This document shows positions 8,839-18,799 of a stretch of 64,000 bases of DNA, one piece after another; the first letter of the stretch is position 1; the number at the start of each line of letters is the position of its first letter. The DNA lies in assembly GCA_045636665.1 (NCBI GenBank), contig JAZTXY010000086.1, positions 72,031 through 136,030 of the forward strand. Direction: 5' to 3'. This DNA is from Eubacteriales bacterium. Lineage in GTDB: Bacteria; Bacillota; Clostridia; Oscillospirales; CAG-382. The notes under the pieces were generated by a model. That model had not been told where the DNA came from and did not search any database. It saw nothing but the letters and a program-made list of their open reading frames with translations. The position numbers and the translations under genes were made by a program.

Positions 8839-11256
8839 TTGGATTCGAAAAAAGCGTCCGAACGGCTTGCGCGTTACGGCAGAAACGAATTAAGCGCTAA
8901 GAAAAAGAAAAGCTTTTTGCAAAGGTTTTTCTTAGCTCTTTGCGACCGAATGACCGTTGTTTTGCTTATTGCGGCGGTGATTTCGTTCGCGACCTCTTAT
9001 ATTTCGGGCGAGGGCTTTGCCGACCCGATAATAATTTTGCTCATTGTGCTTATCAACGGTCTTATAGCCGTTGTTCAGGAAAGCCGCGCCGAGCGTTCAC
9101 TTGAGGCGCTTAGAAGGATGACATCGCCCGAAACGACGGTGCTACGCGACGGAAAAGCGGTCAGAATCCAAAGCGCGTTGCTCGTGCCGGGCGACGTGTT
9201 TTTGCTTGAAAAGGGCGATATCGTACCTGCCGACGCTCGGCTTATCGAAAGCAACGAGCTTTTAATCGACGAATCGGCGCTCACCGGCGAATCGGTCGGA
9301 GTTATGAAGGACCATAGGTCTGTTCCTCGCAAGGGCTGTCCGATTTCCGAGATGACAAACTCGGTTTTCACCTCGTCACACGTTATTTCGGGCAGAGGAA
9401 AAGCCATTGTGGTAAAAACCGGAATGTCCACCTGCGTCGGCGAAATCGCGGGGATGATAAGCGGCGAGTCGGAAAGAACACCCCTTCAAAAGCGCCTTGC
9501 AAAGCTCAGTGTTTTGCTTGGCAACGTAACTGTGGGGCTGTGTGCGGTCATATTCGTTTTTTCGCTTTTAAAGGGAATGGACGTCGGCGAAATGTTTATG
9601 ACCTCGGTTTCGCTTTCGGTTGCGGCAATTCCCGAGGGTTTGCCTGCAATTGTAACGGTTGTGCTTTCGGCAGGGGTGCAAACGATGGCAAACCGAAAAG
9701 CAATCGTAAAGCGCCTGCCTGCGGTTGAAACCTTGGGCTGTGCTCAAATAATCTGCTCGGATAAAACGGGTACTCTGACCTGCAACAAAATGACGGTCGA
9801 ATCGGTTTTCGGCGACCAACGGGAGTTGAAAAAGGCGTTTGCCTTGTGCAACAACGATTCCTCGCCGACCGAGCTTGCGCTTTCGGATTACTGCGACGGG
9901 GTCGAAAGCATCCGCGCACTCTATCCGCGTGAAGCCGAAATTCCCTTCGATTCGGTGAAAAAATATATGCTCACCGTCAATCGCAGTCAAACCGGATTTA
10001 CCGTTTACATCAAGGGCGCGCCCGACGTTGTTGCGAAATACTGCCCCGAAAAGGCGCAAGTTATCGAAAATACCACGCGTGAGATGACTAAAAACGCCTT
10101 GCGCGTTATCTGCTTTGCAAAGTATGAAACGAATCAAAAGCCGCAAAACCCGTTGTCGGGCAGATTCGAGCTTATCGGACTTTGCGGTATTTGCGATCCG
10201 CCGCGCGCCGAAGCCGCCGAGGCGGTAAAGCTGTGTAAAAAGGCAGGTATCCGCCCGATAATGATAACGGGCGATCATCCCGAAACGGCACGCGCGATTG
10301 CCGTAAAGATCGGTATGATACCCAAGGACGGTCGGGTTTGCACCGAAAGTGAGGTCGGAGCACTCGGCGACCGCGAATTTCAAAAAACGGTTGACAGCTG
10401 CAGCGTTTTCGCAAGGGTAACACCCTCGTTCAAGCTTCGTATCGTTTCGGCGCTGAAAGCAAAGGGCTACGTTGTGGCAATGACGGGCGACGGCGTCAAC
10501 GATGCGCCTGCGCTTAAAAAAGCCGATATCGGCTGTGCTATGGGAATAAGCGGAACCGAGGTCGCAAAGGAATCGGCGGATATGATACTCACCGACGATA
10601 ATTTTTCGACCGTAGTCGAGGCGGTAAAGGAGGGCAGGGGCATTTATGAAAACATCCGTCGCGCGGTGCATTTTCTGCTTTCCTGCAATATCGGTGAGCT
10701 TTTTACCGTGTTTTTCGCAATAATAACGTCGTTGCCGTCGCCGCTTTCGGCAATACAGCTGCTTTGGGTGAATTTAACCACCGATTCGCTTCCCGCAATT
10801 GCGCTGGGGCTTGAAAAAACACCCGATGACGTTATGGAACGCGAGCCGATAAAGGCAAATTCACCCTTGTTCGGCGGCGCGCGTGTTGCGAGAATTATCT
10901 TCGAGGGTATCCTTATCGGCACGCTTGCGATTTCCGCATTCGTCATCGGCAACAATACAAGCTGCATTGAAACGGGCAGAACGATGTGCTTTTTGGTTCT
11001 TGCCGTATCACAGCTTTTTCATTCGTTTAATATGCGAAGCGAAAAAAGCGTTTTCGCAAAAGGAAAACGAAAAAATCCCTTCGTGTGGGTTGCATTTTTC
11101 TTCTGTCTGCTCTTGCAAACGGCGGTTATTGTAATACCGCAAGCCGCAAAGCTTTTCGGCGCGGCATCGTTGTCGTTAAGCGAGTGGGCAATATCGCTCG
11201 CATTATCGTGCGTACCGTTGATCGTGTGTGAAATTTACAAAATGTTAAAACATTAA
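8839..11256 (+). CDS. P-type cation (Ca2+-type, P2) ATPase; the true N-terminus lies upstream of the track start
   Basis: ICSDKTGTLTCNKMTV, MITGDHPETA and MTGDGVNDAPALKKADIG motifs. Homologous N-terminal sequence (WYHENLKELYAEF..GLDSKKASERL) continues in-frame up to the stop codon at 8773-8775 (see finding). Confidence 0.85.
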   Translation: MDSKKASERLARYGRNELSAKKKKSFLQRFFLALCDRMTVVLLIAAVISFATSYISGEGFADPIIILLIVLINGLIAVVQESRAERSLEALRRMTSPETTVLRDGKAVRIQSALLVPGDVFLLEKGDIVPADARLIESNELLIDESALTGESVGVMKDHRSVPRKGCPISEMTNSVFTSSHVISGRGKAIVVKTGMSTCVGEIAGMISGESERTPLQKRLAKLSVLLGNVTVGLCAVIFVFSLLKGMDVGEMFMTSVSLSVAAIPEGLPAIVTVVLSAGVQTMANRKAIVKRLPAVETLGCAQIICSDKTGTLTCNKMTVESVFGDQRELKKAFALCNNDSSPTELALSDYCDGVESIRALYPREAEIPFDSVKKYMLTVNRSQTGFTVYIKGAPDVVAKYCPEKAQVIENTTREMTKNALRVICFAKYETNQKPQNPLSGRFELIGLCGICDPPRAEAAEAVKLCKKAGIRPIMITGDHPETARAIAVKIGMIPKDGRVCTESEVGALGDREFQKTVDSCSVFARVTPSFKLRIVSALKAKGYVVAMTGDGVNDAPALKKADIGCAMGISGTEVAKESADMILTDDNFSTVVEAVKEGRGIYENIRRAVHFLLSCNIGELFTVFFAIITSLPSPLSAIQLLWVNLTTDSLPAIALGLEKTPDDVMEREPIKANSPLFGGARVARIIFEGILIGTLAISAFVIGNNTSCIETGRTMCFLVLAVSQLFHSFNMRSEKSVFAKGKRKNPFVWVAFFFCLLLQTAVIVIPQAAKLFGAASLSLSEWAISLALSCVPLIVCEIYKMLKH

Positions 11257-11320
11257 CTCATTTTAGTTCACAAATATTGGTTATTATTTTCGTCGTAATA
11301 AAATATATTTGGAGCAAAAA

Positions 11321-12364
11321 ATGGATAAGTACACAGTAATAATAAATCAACCCATAAAGCTTGCGGGCAACGATAAGATTCGCATTCGCGGCAGACATAC
11401 CGAACAGGACGGAATGCTTGCTTTCGATTGGAGCGGAAGCGGCTTTGCCTTTAATTTCGTCGGCACGGGCTTTATCATCTCGCTCGGCGCTTATTCTCAC
11501 GATTGTCCCGCATACGTCAAAATTACGGTTGACGGCAATCACAGTCAGCGCTTTGCGGTGATAAACGGAAACGAAAAGCTTATTATCGAGGGCCTTTCGG
11601 ATAAACGCCACCGCGTAAGCGTGTTGAAGATAACCGAGGGTGAGCCCAAGCTTAAATTCGATACCGTAACGCTTCTCGGTAACGGCGCAGAGCTTCGCAA
11701 TCCCCCCTTCAACAGCCCGAGAAGAATTGAATTTATCGGCGACTCGATTACCTGCGGTTACGGTGTTCTCGGTCTTTCGACCGACCCGACCTATCTTACC
11801 TACCAACAGGACGTAACCCGTTCTTATGCAGGCGTTACGGCAGAGCGCTTCGGCGCAGACGCGCGTTTTATCGCGATTTCGGGCAAGGGTATCGTTTGTA
11901 ACTGCAACGGCGACAGAACCGATATTAAAACGGGTGAATATTATAACCTTCAATCGCGTACCGGCGGTGTTTGCGATGACGACTGGATTGCCGACGTTGT
12001 CGTTATCAACATCGGTACCAACGATTGCGGCGGACCTGCGCCCAACGATGAATTTGAAGAAGCGGCGCGTGACCTTGTTTCCAAGGTTCGTGCGCGTTAT
12101 CCCGAAGCGCATATCATTTGGCTTTACGGAATGATGAGCCAGCTTTATTCCGAGGTGCTGCGCGATACTCTGCGTGATATCTCCAAGAGGGATGAAAAGG
12201 TTCACTTTATGTTTGCCGACACCGTGTTCGGCAACGAATCCGAAATCGGCGCAAACGGACACCCCAACGTGCGCGCAAGCGTTCGTGTGAGCAATTTGCT
12301 TTACAAAAAGATTCGTTCACTCACCGGCTGGCGTAATAAAGTAACGCTTCCCGAAGAAGAATAA
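11321..12364 (+). CDS. SGNH/GDSL hydrolase, CE2-like carbohydrate esterase
   Basis: GGAG RBS then the ATG at 11321. IEFIGDSITCGYG (Ser block), GTNDCG and the GHPN block. N-terminal beta-sandwich-like region. Confidence 0.75.
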   Translation: MDKYTVIINQPIKLAGNDKIRIRGRHTEQDGMLAFDWSGSGFAFNFVGTGFIISLGAYSHDCPAYVKITVDGNHSQRFAVINGNEKLIIEGLSDKRHRVSVLKITEGEPKLKFDTVTLLGNGAELRNPPFNSPRRIEFIGDSITCGYGVLGLSTDPTYLTYQQDVTRSYAGVTAERFGADARFIAISGKGIVCNCNGDRTDIKTGEYYNLQSRTGGVCDDDWIADVVVINIGTNDCGGPAPNDEFEEAARDLVSKVRARYPEAHIIWLYGMMSQLYSEVLRDTLRDISKRDEKVHFMFADTVFGNESEIGANGHPNVRASVRVSNLLYKKIRSLTGWRNKVTLPEEE

Positions 12365-12396
12365 AAATAAAAGAAAGAAAAAACGGAGAAATTGAT

Positions 12397-13236
12397 ATGG
12401 CAAAAAAGAGCAATGCAAAACCTCTGTCGCTTATTGCCGCGATTATAATAGCACTTGTGGCTATATCGTTGGCGGTCACTTTCGTTTTATATCTGTTCGA
12501 TACGAATACGCAGGACGGCAATACCGAATCGACCGAAAATTCTTACGAGCAGAGCTTCGGCGAGGAAAGCAGTCTTGAACCGCCTCCCGAAGAGATTATA
12601 GTTAAAGAAACCATGGCTGACGCTTCCGTGGGCGATGCGGTGCTTTTCGGCACCTACGAGCAAAACGGAAACGAAGGTGACGGCAAAGAAAAAATCGAAT
12701 GGATCGTTCTTGAAAAGCAGGACGACAAGCTGTTGCTTATCAGCCGTCAATGTCTTGATGCAAAGCAGATAAATCAAACACGCGCAGACGTTGAATGGAA
12801 GGAAAGCACCCTTTTCAATTGGCTTAACGGTGAATTTTTGCAAACCGCTTTTTCCGAAACCGAGCTTCCCTCGATTATCGAAGCCGACGGTGTTAAGCTT
12901 ACCGTTCCCTCGGCAGAGGAAGCGAAGAAATATTACGAATACGATTCCTGGCGCACTGCGGAAGCAACCGAATTTGCAATTAAAAACGGCGCTCGCGTGC
13001 AAAACGGAAAGACGTGGTGGTGGTTGCTCGATAAGGGCGAAATAGCAAACACAAACAGTTACGTTTATTTCGACGGAACCATCCGCGCAGACGGTCTTTC
13101 GGTTGATTACCAAAGCGTTGCAATCCGTCCGATGATGTGGGTATCCTCGAATGCCGAAACCGAAACCGAGCATTTGAGCCAACCCGAAGTGAGTGAAGAC
13201 GTAAGCGCATCCGAAAGCGAAATAGCCGGAGAATAA
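12397..13236 (+). CDS. Membrane-anchored DUF6273-like protein
   Basis: N-terminal TM helix. FGTYEQNGNEGDGKEKIEWIVLEKQDDKLLLIS...LFNWLNGEFL pattern. Confidence 0.6.
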   Translation: MAKKSNAKPLSLIAAIIIALVAISLAVTFVLYLFDTNTQDGNTESTENSYEQSFGEESSLEPPPEEIIVKETMADASVGDAVLFGTYEQNGNEGDGKEKIEWIVLEKQDDKLLLISRQCLDAKQINQTRADVEWKESTLFNWLNGEFLQTAFSETELPSIIEADGVKLTVPSAEEAKKYYEYDSWRTAEATEFAIKNGARVQNGKTWWWLLDKGEIANTNSYVYFDGTIRADGLSVDYQSVAIRPMMWVSSNAETETEHLSQPEVSEDVSASESEIAGE

Positions 13237-13238
13237 TT

Positions 13239-15605
13239 ATGAATTTCAAAACGATTACAGCTGCATTTATATCGGTTTTGATGCTTCTTTCCTGTTTTAC
13301 GTTTGTTGTATCGGGTGAGGAAGCCGAAACGATAATGTATCACATTGATTCTCTCAACGGCACGCGTTGGGCAGATCTTATATGCGTTTATAAGGACGTT
13401 GCGACGACAAATCAAAACGAATGGGGCGAAAACGTCGTTGTTGACAGCAACGGCATCGTTATCAAAAAAATCCCCGGCGGTGAGATTGCGGGTGCGAACC
13501 TTGCGGTTCCCGACGGCGGCTGTGTCGTTTCGGGTACGGGCGACATCGGAAAAGCGATGTATGCCTCGGTTGAGATCGGTGATAAATGCTTTTTCGATGA
13601 ATATGCGATGCGCGTTTATTTTTCAAAGGGCGAGATAGACCTCTTTTACACAAAAACGATCCGCGTTACCGGTTATAACGAGACCCGTTGGTCAAACACC
13701 GTGATCATTTACGATAAATCCGGAGAAAAGACCGGAACGAATCCTTACGGATACGAGGCTTGTGTCGATAAGGACGGATATATTGTTTCGATGGGTGGGA
13801 ACGACAACGTCGTGCCCGAGGGCGGTTACGTTATTTCGGTTATCGAGCCTGCGGATATTTCCGCGATGAAGCTTTATTTTACGGTCGGTGCAAAATGCAT
13901 TCTCAAAAAGACCGACGTTACAGCGGTTTACAGCGAAAAAGAGCTTGGCAAGACCGTTGAAATGGAACTTGAAGCTTTAAAGGCCGATTTTGAAGAAGCG
14001 AAATCTCAATACCGCATTATCGATTATTCCGCCGCAAAATCGGCGATAGATTCTATTTCCGTCGGCGACGTTTCCTCTTTGGATGAACGCAACAGCATCA
14101 TCTTGCAGATACGCGAAGCCGAAAAACTTCTTATCGAGGACCGTAACGTCGAAACGAGAAGCGTTTGGTACACCGTTACCGAAACCACCTCGGCATCGGT
14201 TAAAAGAACCGTTGCGGCAATGAAGGAAGCGGGCATAAACGAGCTTGTTCTCTCTTCAACCTCTGCTCGCGGTACGATTATTCCGATCGATACCGACGAA
14301 ATACCCTTCCAGCGCGATCCTGCCGCAAGAAGGATCGATCTTCTTCAGGAATATATCGACGAATGCCATGCAAACGGAATAAGTCTTGTCGTTCTTGTTC
14401 CCATTATGGGCAACAACCTTGCGGAAAAGCATAAAGAATGGTATGACGTTACCAACACGGGCGAAAAGCGTGATGAGATATTCTATTCGCCCGCAAACGA
14501 AGAATACCGCAAGGCGATGATGGATTACATCCGCTATATACTTACCAATTACGACGTCGACGGATTTCAGCTCGACTATATCAGATATCCCCAATTACAC
14601 GATGGTGTAGACGGCGGATACGACGATGCGACCATCGCGCTTTTCAAGGAAAAGACGGGACTTGGTGAGGACGTTGTCAAGGCAATCGGCAAGCAATTGG
14701 AAAAGCACCCGAAATGGAGTGTATGGCACAGCTTCAAGGTTGAGCTTGTTAACAGTTGGGTCAAGGAAATTTACGGCATTGCAAGTGAATTGCGCCCCGA
14801 TGTTTTCGTTACCGCCGCGGTTGCCGCCAACAACGGAGTTAGCGCCTATTGTCAGGATCCTGCCGCTTGGATAAAAGACGGCTATATCGACGGTGTTTAC
14901 GTTATGTCCTACGACGAGGGCATCAATTTAACATCGGTAGGCAAGTTCATCGAGATAGGAAACGACAAGAGCTTTCTTGTAATGGGCTGCGGTGCTTATC
15001 TTTCGATCACCAACGATTCGCTTATTCAGCAAACGGTCGATTCGCGTAAGTACGGCTCGGACGGAACCGCTTATTTTGAATGGGGTGCGGTCGAAGATCA
15101 CGGCTATACGAAAATCTTGAACGGCATTCTGTTCAAGGAGGACGCAATACCCTTTACTTCAAACACCGACGAGGTAGTTAACCGCCTTGTTGCAAGTGCA
15201 AAGGAAAGAATCGCGCTTTACTGTCAAGACGCAGACGAAGAAACTGCAAAAAAGTTAAACGAAGCTATTTCCAAGCTATTAGCAGACAAGGATTCGATCA
15301 AGCTTGCGGTCGAATCAATCAATTCGTTGGCGGGTGACAAGGCAAAATATCTTGTAACCGATCTTGATGCCGCGCTCCGTGCGATAAATATGAAAAAGCC
15401 GGATTTTGAATTTAAAAAGCCGGTTGTCGAAAATACATCCTCCGACGTAAGCGAGGAGGCTTCACAGGAAAGCTCCGAAATCGTTTCGGAGGAAATTCCT
15501 TCCGAGCAGAGCAATTCGGGTAATTGGTGGATCTACGTCGTTATTGCGGTTGCGGTAGTAATCGTTGCGGCAATAGCCGTTATCGTTATAAAAAAGAAAA
15601 AATAA
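13239..15605 (+). CDS. Glycoside-hydrolase-like family 10 (GHL10/YngK-like) surface protein with C-terminal TM anchor
   Basis: Signal peptide. GFQLDYIRYP motif in a TIM-barrel-like region. C-terminal hydrophobic helix followed by KKKK. Confidence 0.7.
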   Translation: MNFKTITAAFISVLMLLSCFTFVVSGEEAETIMYHIDSLNGTRWADLICVYKDVATTNQNEWGENVVVDSNGIVIKKIPGGEIAGANLAVPDGGCVVSGTGDIGKAMYASVEIGDKCFFDEYAMRVYFSKGEIDLFYTKTIRVTGYNETRWSNTVIIYDKSGEKTGTNPYGYEACVDKDGYIVSMGGNDNVVPEGGYVISVIEPADISAMKLYFTVGAKCILKKTDVTAVYSEKELGKTVEMELEALKADFEEAKSQYRIIDYSAAKSAIDSISVGDVSSLDERNSIILQIREAEKLLIEDRNVETRSVWYTVTETTSASVKRTVAAMKEAGINELVLSSTSARGTIIPIDTDEIPFQRDPAARRIDLLQEYIDECHANGISLVVLVPIMGNNLAEKHKEWYDVTNTGEKRDEIFYSPANEEYRKAMMDYIRYILTNYDVDGFQLDYIRYPQLHDGVDGGYDDATIALFKEKTGLGEDVVKAIGKQLEKHPKWSVWHSFKVELVNSWVKEIYGIASELRPDVFVTAAVAANNGVSAYCQDPAAWIKDGYIDGVYVMSYDEGINLTSVGKFIEIGNDKSFLVMGCGAYLSITNDSLIQQTVDSRKYGSDGTAYFEWGAVEDHGYTKILNGILFKEDAIPFTSNTDEVVNRLVASAKERIALYCQDADEETAKKLNEAISKLLADKDSIKLAVESINSLAGDKAKYLVTDLDAALRAINMKKPDFEFKKPVVENTSSDVSEEASQESSEIVSEEIPSEQSNSGNWWIYVVIAVAVVIVAAIAVIVIKKKK

Positions 15606-15613
15606 ACAAAACA

Positions 15614-15653
15614 AAAGATCTTCGCGGACGTGATTCCTCGAAGATCTTTTTTG
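15614..15653. terminator. Bidirectional terminator between convergent genes
   Basis: Stem AAAGATCTTCG/CGAAGATCTTT flanked by A- and T-runs. Confidence 0.7.
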
Positions 15654-15668
15654 CTTTATTTTAAAGTG

Positions 15669-17753
15669 TTATCTTTTGTTCAATTCGTCAATGGCGCGCA
15701 GTGCGATTTCTTCTGCCGTTTCGGAATCGGTCGCCTCGGCGATTATTCGGAATCTGCCCGAGGCACTTGCATATACGTTTGCACGACCCTCACCGAATTC
15801 GAACCCTGCACAGCGAGTGCCGAAGCCGCATTCCTCGCGTAAGCGCGAAAGTGTCGAATTCATCCTTTTTCGGTCGGCAAAAACCGATCTTGTAACGACC
15901 GAAAAGGGCGGTATGCTTTTCGCAAGCTCGTAAAGTGAGGTCGAAAGCCGTTCGGTCAGCGCGCAAACGGTAAGAGCGAGCAGAGTGCCGTCGCGGTGAA
16001 GACTGTCGCATTCGGCAAGACGGCGCACGTCGGAATCGCTGTCGCCGTAAAACGCAACGTCGATACCGTTTCTACGAAGTATGCTTTCGACGGTATATGG
16101 CGTTTCATTCGGCAAAATTATGCCGTTCCTTTCGCCTGCGATACAGCATATCGCAAGTAGCTGCCAATAATTAATCCGCGTGCCGTCTTCAAGTATTGCG
16201 TGAACGCGCTCGCCGTCGTCGGTAAGGTAAAATTCGGGACCGCTTGACGATTCTTTGATTCCCAATTCATCGGCAATCTCACGCAAAAATTCACTTTCCT
16301 GCGATTTCGAAGCCCTGAAGCTTTTCGGAATTTCGGTTTGTTCCTTCAAAAATGCGATATATCGCTTAATAAGAGCGCCGTGCGGTAACAAATAAACGTT
16401 GCCCGCATTTTTTGATTTTTCGGGTGTTGATGACGAAATTTGCCGAAGCTCCTCGCGTGAGCAGGGCATTCCGCCCGATGAATAAAGCTTGACCTCGTAT
16501 CTTCCGTTTTTGAAATATATAAAAGCTGTTTTTGCGCGGTATTCCGCCGCCGCGAAAGCCGCCAAGGGCGCATTTCCGCCTGCGATAACGGTACAGTTGC
16601 TTCCCGTTTCCGCCGCCCCGCAAGCCAATTCACACGCTTGGGGAAGCGTCATGTTTTTGCCGTTTGCAAAGGAAATGACGTTTAAACCGTTTCCCAAAAG
16701 CCGTCCCAAGCGCACAAAATATCCGTCGTCTGATTCGTCGGCGATAACCGCGTCGTCGTCAAAGGACAAAAATTGCGTTTGCTTCGGAAACGATTCGACA
16801 AACGCCTCGCCGAGAACCGTGTCGCCGGTTTGAACGATACTGCCGGGCGCAAGAGCACAGCCGTCACGCAATTCCGAGCCCGGACCGATAACGCAACCGG
16901 GAGGGATAACGCAATCGTTGCCGATAGTTACGTTTTCGCCGATTATGCATCCGCGCAGGAAGCTGTTGCCAACGGTGCAGTTGTCCATAATAACGCTGTA
17001 TCGAATATTTGCGTGGGGATGAATCGAAACGTGCGAGCCGAAGCAGCTTTCGCCCCCCGATGCCCACATATTGCAACGGTGATATTCACCAAATGAACCG
17101 ATATCGAACCAATGTCCGACGGGCTCGATGCCTGCGACGGGCATATTTCTTTTCAGCAGAGTAGGGAACAGGTCGCGCCCGAAATCATATTGAACGTTTT
17201 CGGGGATGAGCTCGATAGCCGACCTTTTCAAAAAATAAATTCCGGTGTTTATAAGGTCGGTCATCGTATCGCGCGGCGACGGTTTTTCGCAAAAGCCGAT
17301 AATTTTGCCGTCCTTAACGCAAACCGAGCCGTATTCGCCCGAATCATAGCTTCGGCAAAGCAGCATTGCGGCATCGCAACCGCTTTTCAAAAATTTGTCC
17401 CTTGCTTTTGACAAATCGAAATCAAAAATCGCATCGCCCGATATAACGATAATAAAATCGCCGATTCTATCCTTCAGATTGCGTATCGCGCCTGCGCTTC
17501 CCAACGGCTTTTCTTCGCGGAGGTATTCAACCTCGCCGCGCTTTACCGCTTCTATCCTTTCGGGAAGATACATCGTCGTTACCGCCGTGGAAACAAATCC
17601 GTGCTTGCGTAAAATGTCAAGATTCCGTTCAAAAGCCGATTTCCCTGCGATTGGGAGCATCGGCTTAGGCATTGCGTCGGTAAGCGGATTCATCCGTTTT
17701 CCGAAACCGCCTGCCAATATCACCGAGTCGAATTTTCTTTTTTCGTGATACAT
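15669..17753 (-). CDS. Sugar-phosphate nucleotidyltransferase fused to a phosphomannomutase/phosphoglucomutase-like domain
   Basis: ILAGGFGKRMNPLTDAMPKPMLPIAGK (NTP-transferase), hexapeptide-repeat region and PGM-like C-terminal half. I chose the ATG at 17753 (MYHEKRKF..) instead of 17828. Confidence 0.75.
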   Translation of the reverse strand: MYHEKRKFDSVILAGGFGKRMNPLTDAMPKPMLPIAGKSAFERNLDILRKHGFVSTAVTTMYLPERIEAVKRGEVEYLREEKPLGSAGAIRNLKDRIGDFIIVISGDAIFDFDLSKARDKFLKSGCDAAMLLCRSYDSGEYGSVCVKDGKIIGFCEKPSPRDTMTDLINTGIYFLKRSAIELIPENVQYDFGRDLFPTLLKRNMPVAGIEPVGHWFDIGSFGEYHRCNMWASGGESCFGSHVSIHPHANIRYSVIMDNCTVGNSFLRGCIIGENVTIGNDCVIPPGCVIGPGSELRDGCALAPGSIVQTGDTVLGEAFVESFPKQTQFLSFDDDAVIADESDDGYFVRLGRLLGNGLNVISFANGKNMTLPQACELACGAAETGSNCTVIAGGNAPLAAFAAAEYRAKTAFIYFKNGRYEVKLYSSGGMPCSREELRQISSSTPEKSKNAGNVYLLPHGALIKRYIAFLKEQTEIPKSFRASKSQESEFLREIADELGIKESSSGPEFYLTDDGERVHAILEDGTRINYWQLLAICCIAGERNGIILPNETPYTVESILRRNGIDVAFYGDSDSDVRRLAECDSLHRDGTLLALTVCALTERLSTSLYELAKSIPPFSVVTRSVFADRKRMNSTLSRLREECGFGTRCAGFEFGEGRANVYASASGRFRIIAEATDSETAEEIALRAIDELNKR

Positions 17754-17821
17754 CAATAACACCCGTCCTTGTATTTGTAAAAATATTATTTGCGTAAGTT
17801 GTAAAAATATACCTTTGCAAG

Positions 17822-17850
17822 TTGACAAAGACGGGGAAAAAATGTATTAT
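17822..17850 (+). promoter_or_regulatory. Sigma-A type promoter for ribF
   Basis: TTGACA-N17-TATTAT. Confidence 0.55.
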
Positions 17851-17874
17851 AATATTATTATGGGAAATAAAGAG

Positions 17875-18798
17875 TTGAAAACTTTTAAGATAACGAAATT
17901 CCGCGACAGTGCGGACATAGAAAAAGGCTGTGCGGTTGCAGTCGGCGGATTCGACGGTGTGCATATCGGACATCGCGCAATGATCGTTTCGCTCGTAAGC
18001 GAGGCAAGGCGCAATTTGGTCCCTGCCGTTGTGTTTACGTTCGATGCCGACGATTCGCCGAAATCCGAATCGGCTCTTTTGGCTACCGATGAAAAGAAAA
18101 ATCGTCTTTTGTCCTCACTCGGTGTCGATGCTGTTGTTTCTGCGCCCTTCAGCAAAATCAGAAATATGTGTGCGACCGATTTTATAAATCGCGTTTTTGT
18201 TGACCTTTTAAAGGCGAAAAGCATCGTTTGCGGTTACGATTTCCGTTTCGGAAATAATCGCGAGGGTGACGTTTCGCTTATCGAATCGGTTCTTTCGGAA
18301 TCGGGCGTGAATATCACCACGCCGAATGCTGTCGTGCTCGACGGCGTGCCCGTAAGCTCAACTCTTATCCGCAACCATATAGCAAACGGCGATTTTCTTA
18401 AAGCGAATGCCTTGCTCGGCTATTCCTTTTCCATCAAGGGCGAGATTGTACACGGCAAAAAGCTCGGCAGAACGCTCGGCTTTCCGACAATCAACCAAAA
18501 ATATCCGAAAAATCTTGCAATACCGCGCTTCGGCGTTTATGCGGTAAGATGTAATATCGACGGAAAAACCTATGACGGTGTTGCAAACGTCGGTGTTAAG
18601 CCCACCGTGGGCGGCGAAGATATGCCGCTTTGCGAAACACACCTTTTCGATTATTCGGGCGATTGTTACGGAAGCATTGCCGAAACCGAATTCGTGGCTT
18701 TTATTCGCGGAGAAGAAAAATTTTCTTCGTTTGACGAATTGAGAGAGCGTGTCTTTTTGGATATGTCCGCCGCGAAAAACATTTTAAAGGAGTTTTGA
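17875..18798 (+). CDS. ribF: Bifunctional riboflavin kinase / FAD synthetase
   Basis: GGFDGVHIGH motif with a riboflavin kinase C-terminal half. I prefer the TTG at 17875 because (M)KTFKITKF parallels B. subtilis MKTIHITHP and lies downstream of the TTGACA/TATTAT promoter. The track start at 17815 would overlap that promoter. Confidence 0.8.
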   Translation: MKTFKITKFRDSADIEKGCAVAVGGFDGVHIGHRAMIVSLVSEARRNLVPAVVFTFDADDSPKSESALLATDEKKNRLLSSLGVDAVVSAPFSKIRNMCATDFINRVFVDLLKAKSIVCGYDFRFGNNREGDVSLIESVLSESGVNITTPNAVVLDGVPVSSTLIRNHIANGDFLKANALLGYSFSIKGEIVHGKKLGRTLGFPTINQKYPKNLAIPRFGVYAVRCNIDGKTYDGVANVGVKPTVGGEDMPLCETHLFDYSGDCYGSIAETEFVAFIRGEEKFSSFDELRERVFLDMSAAKNILKEF

Positions 18799-18799
18799 A

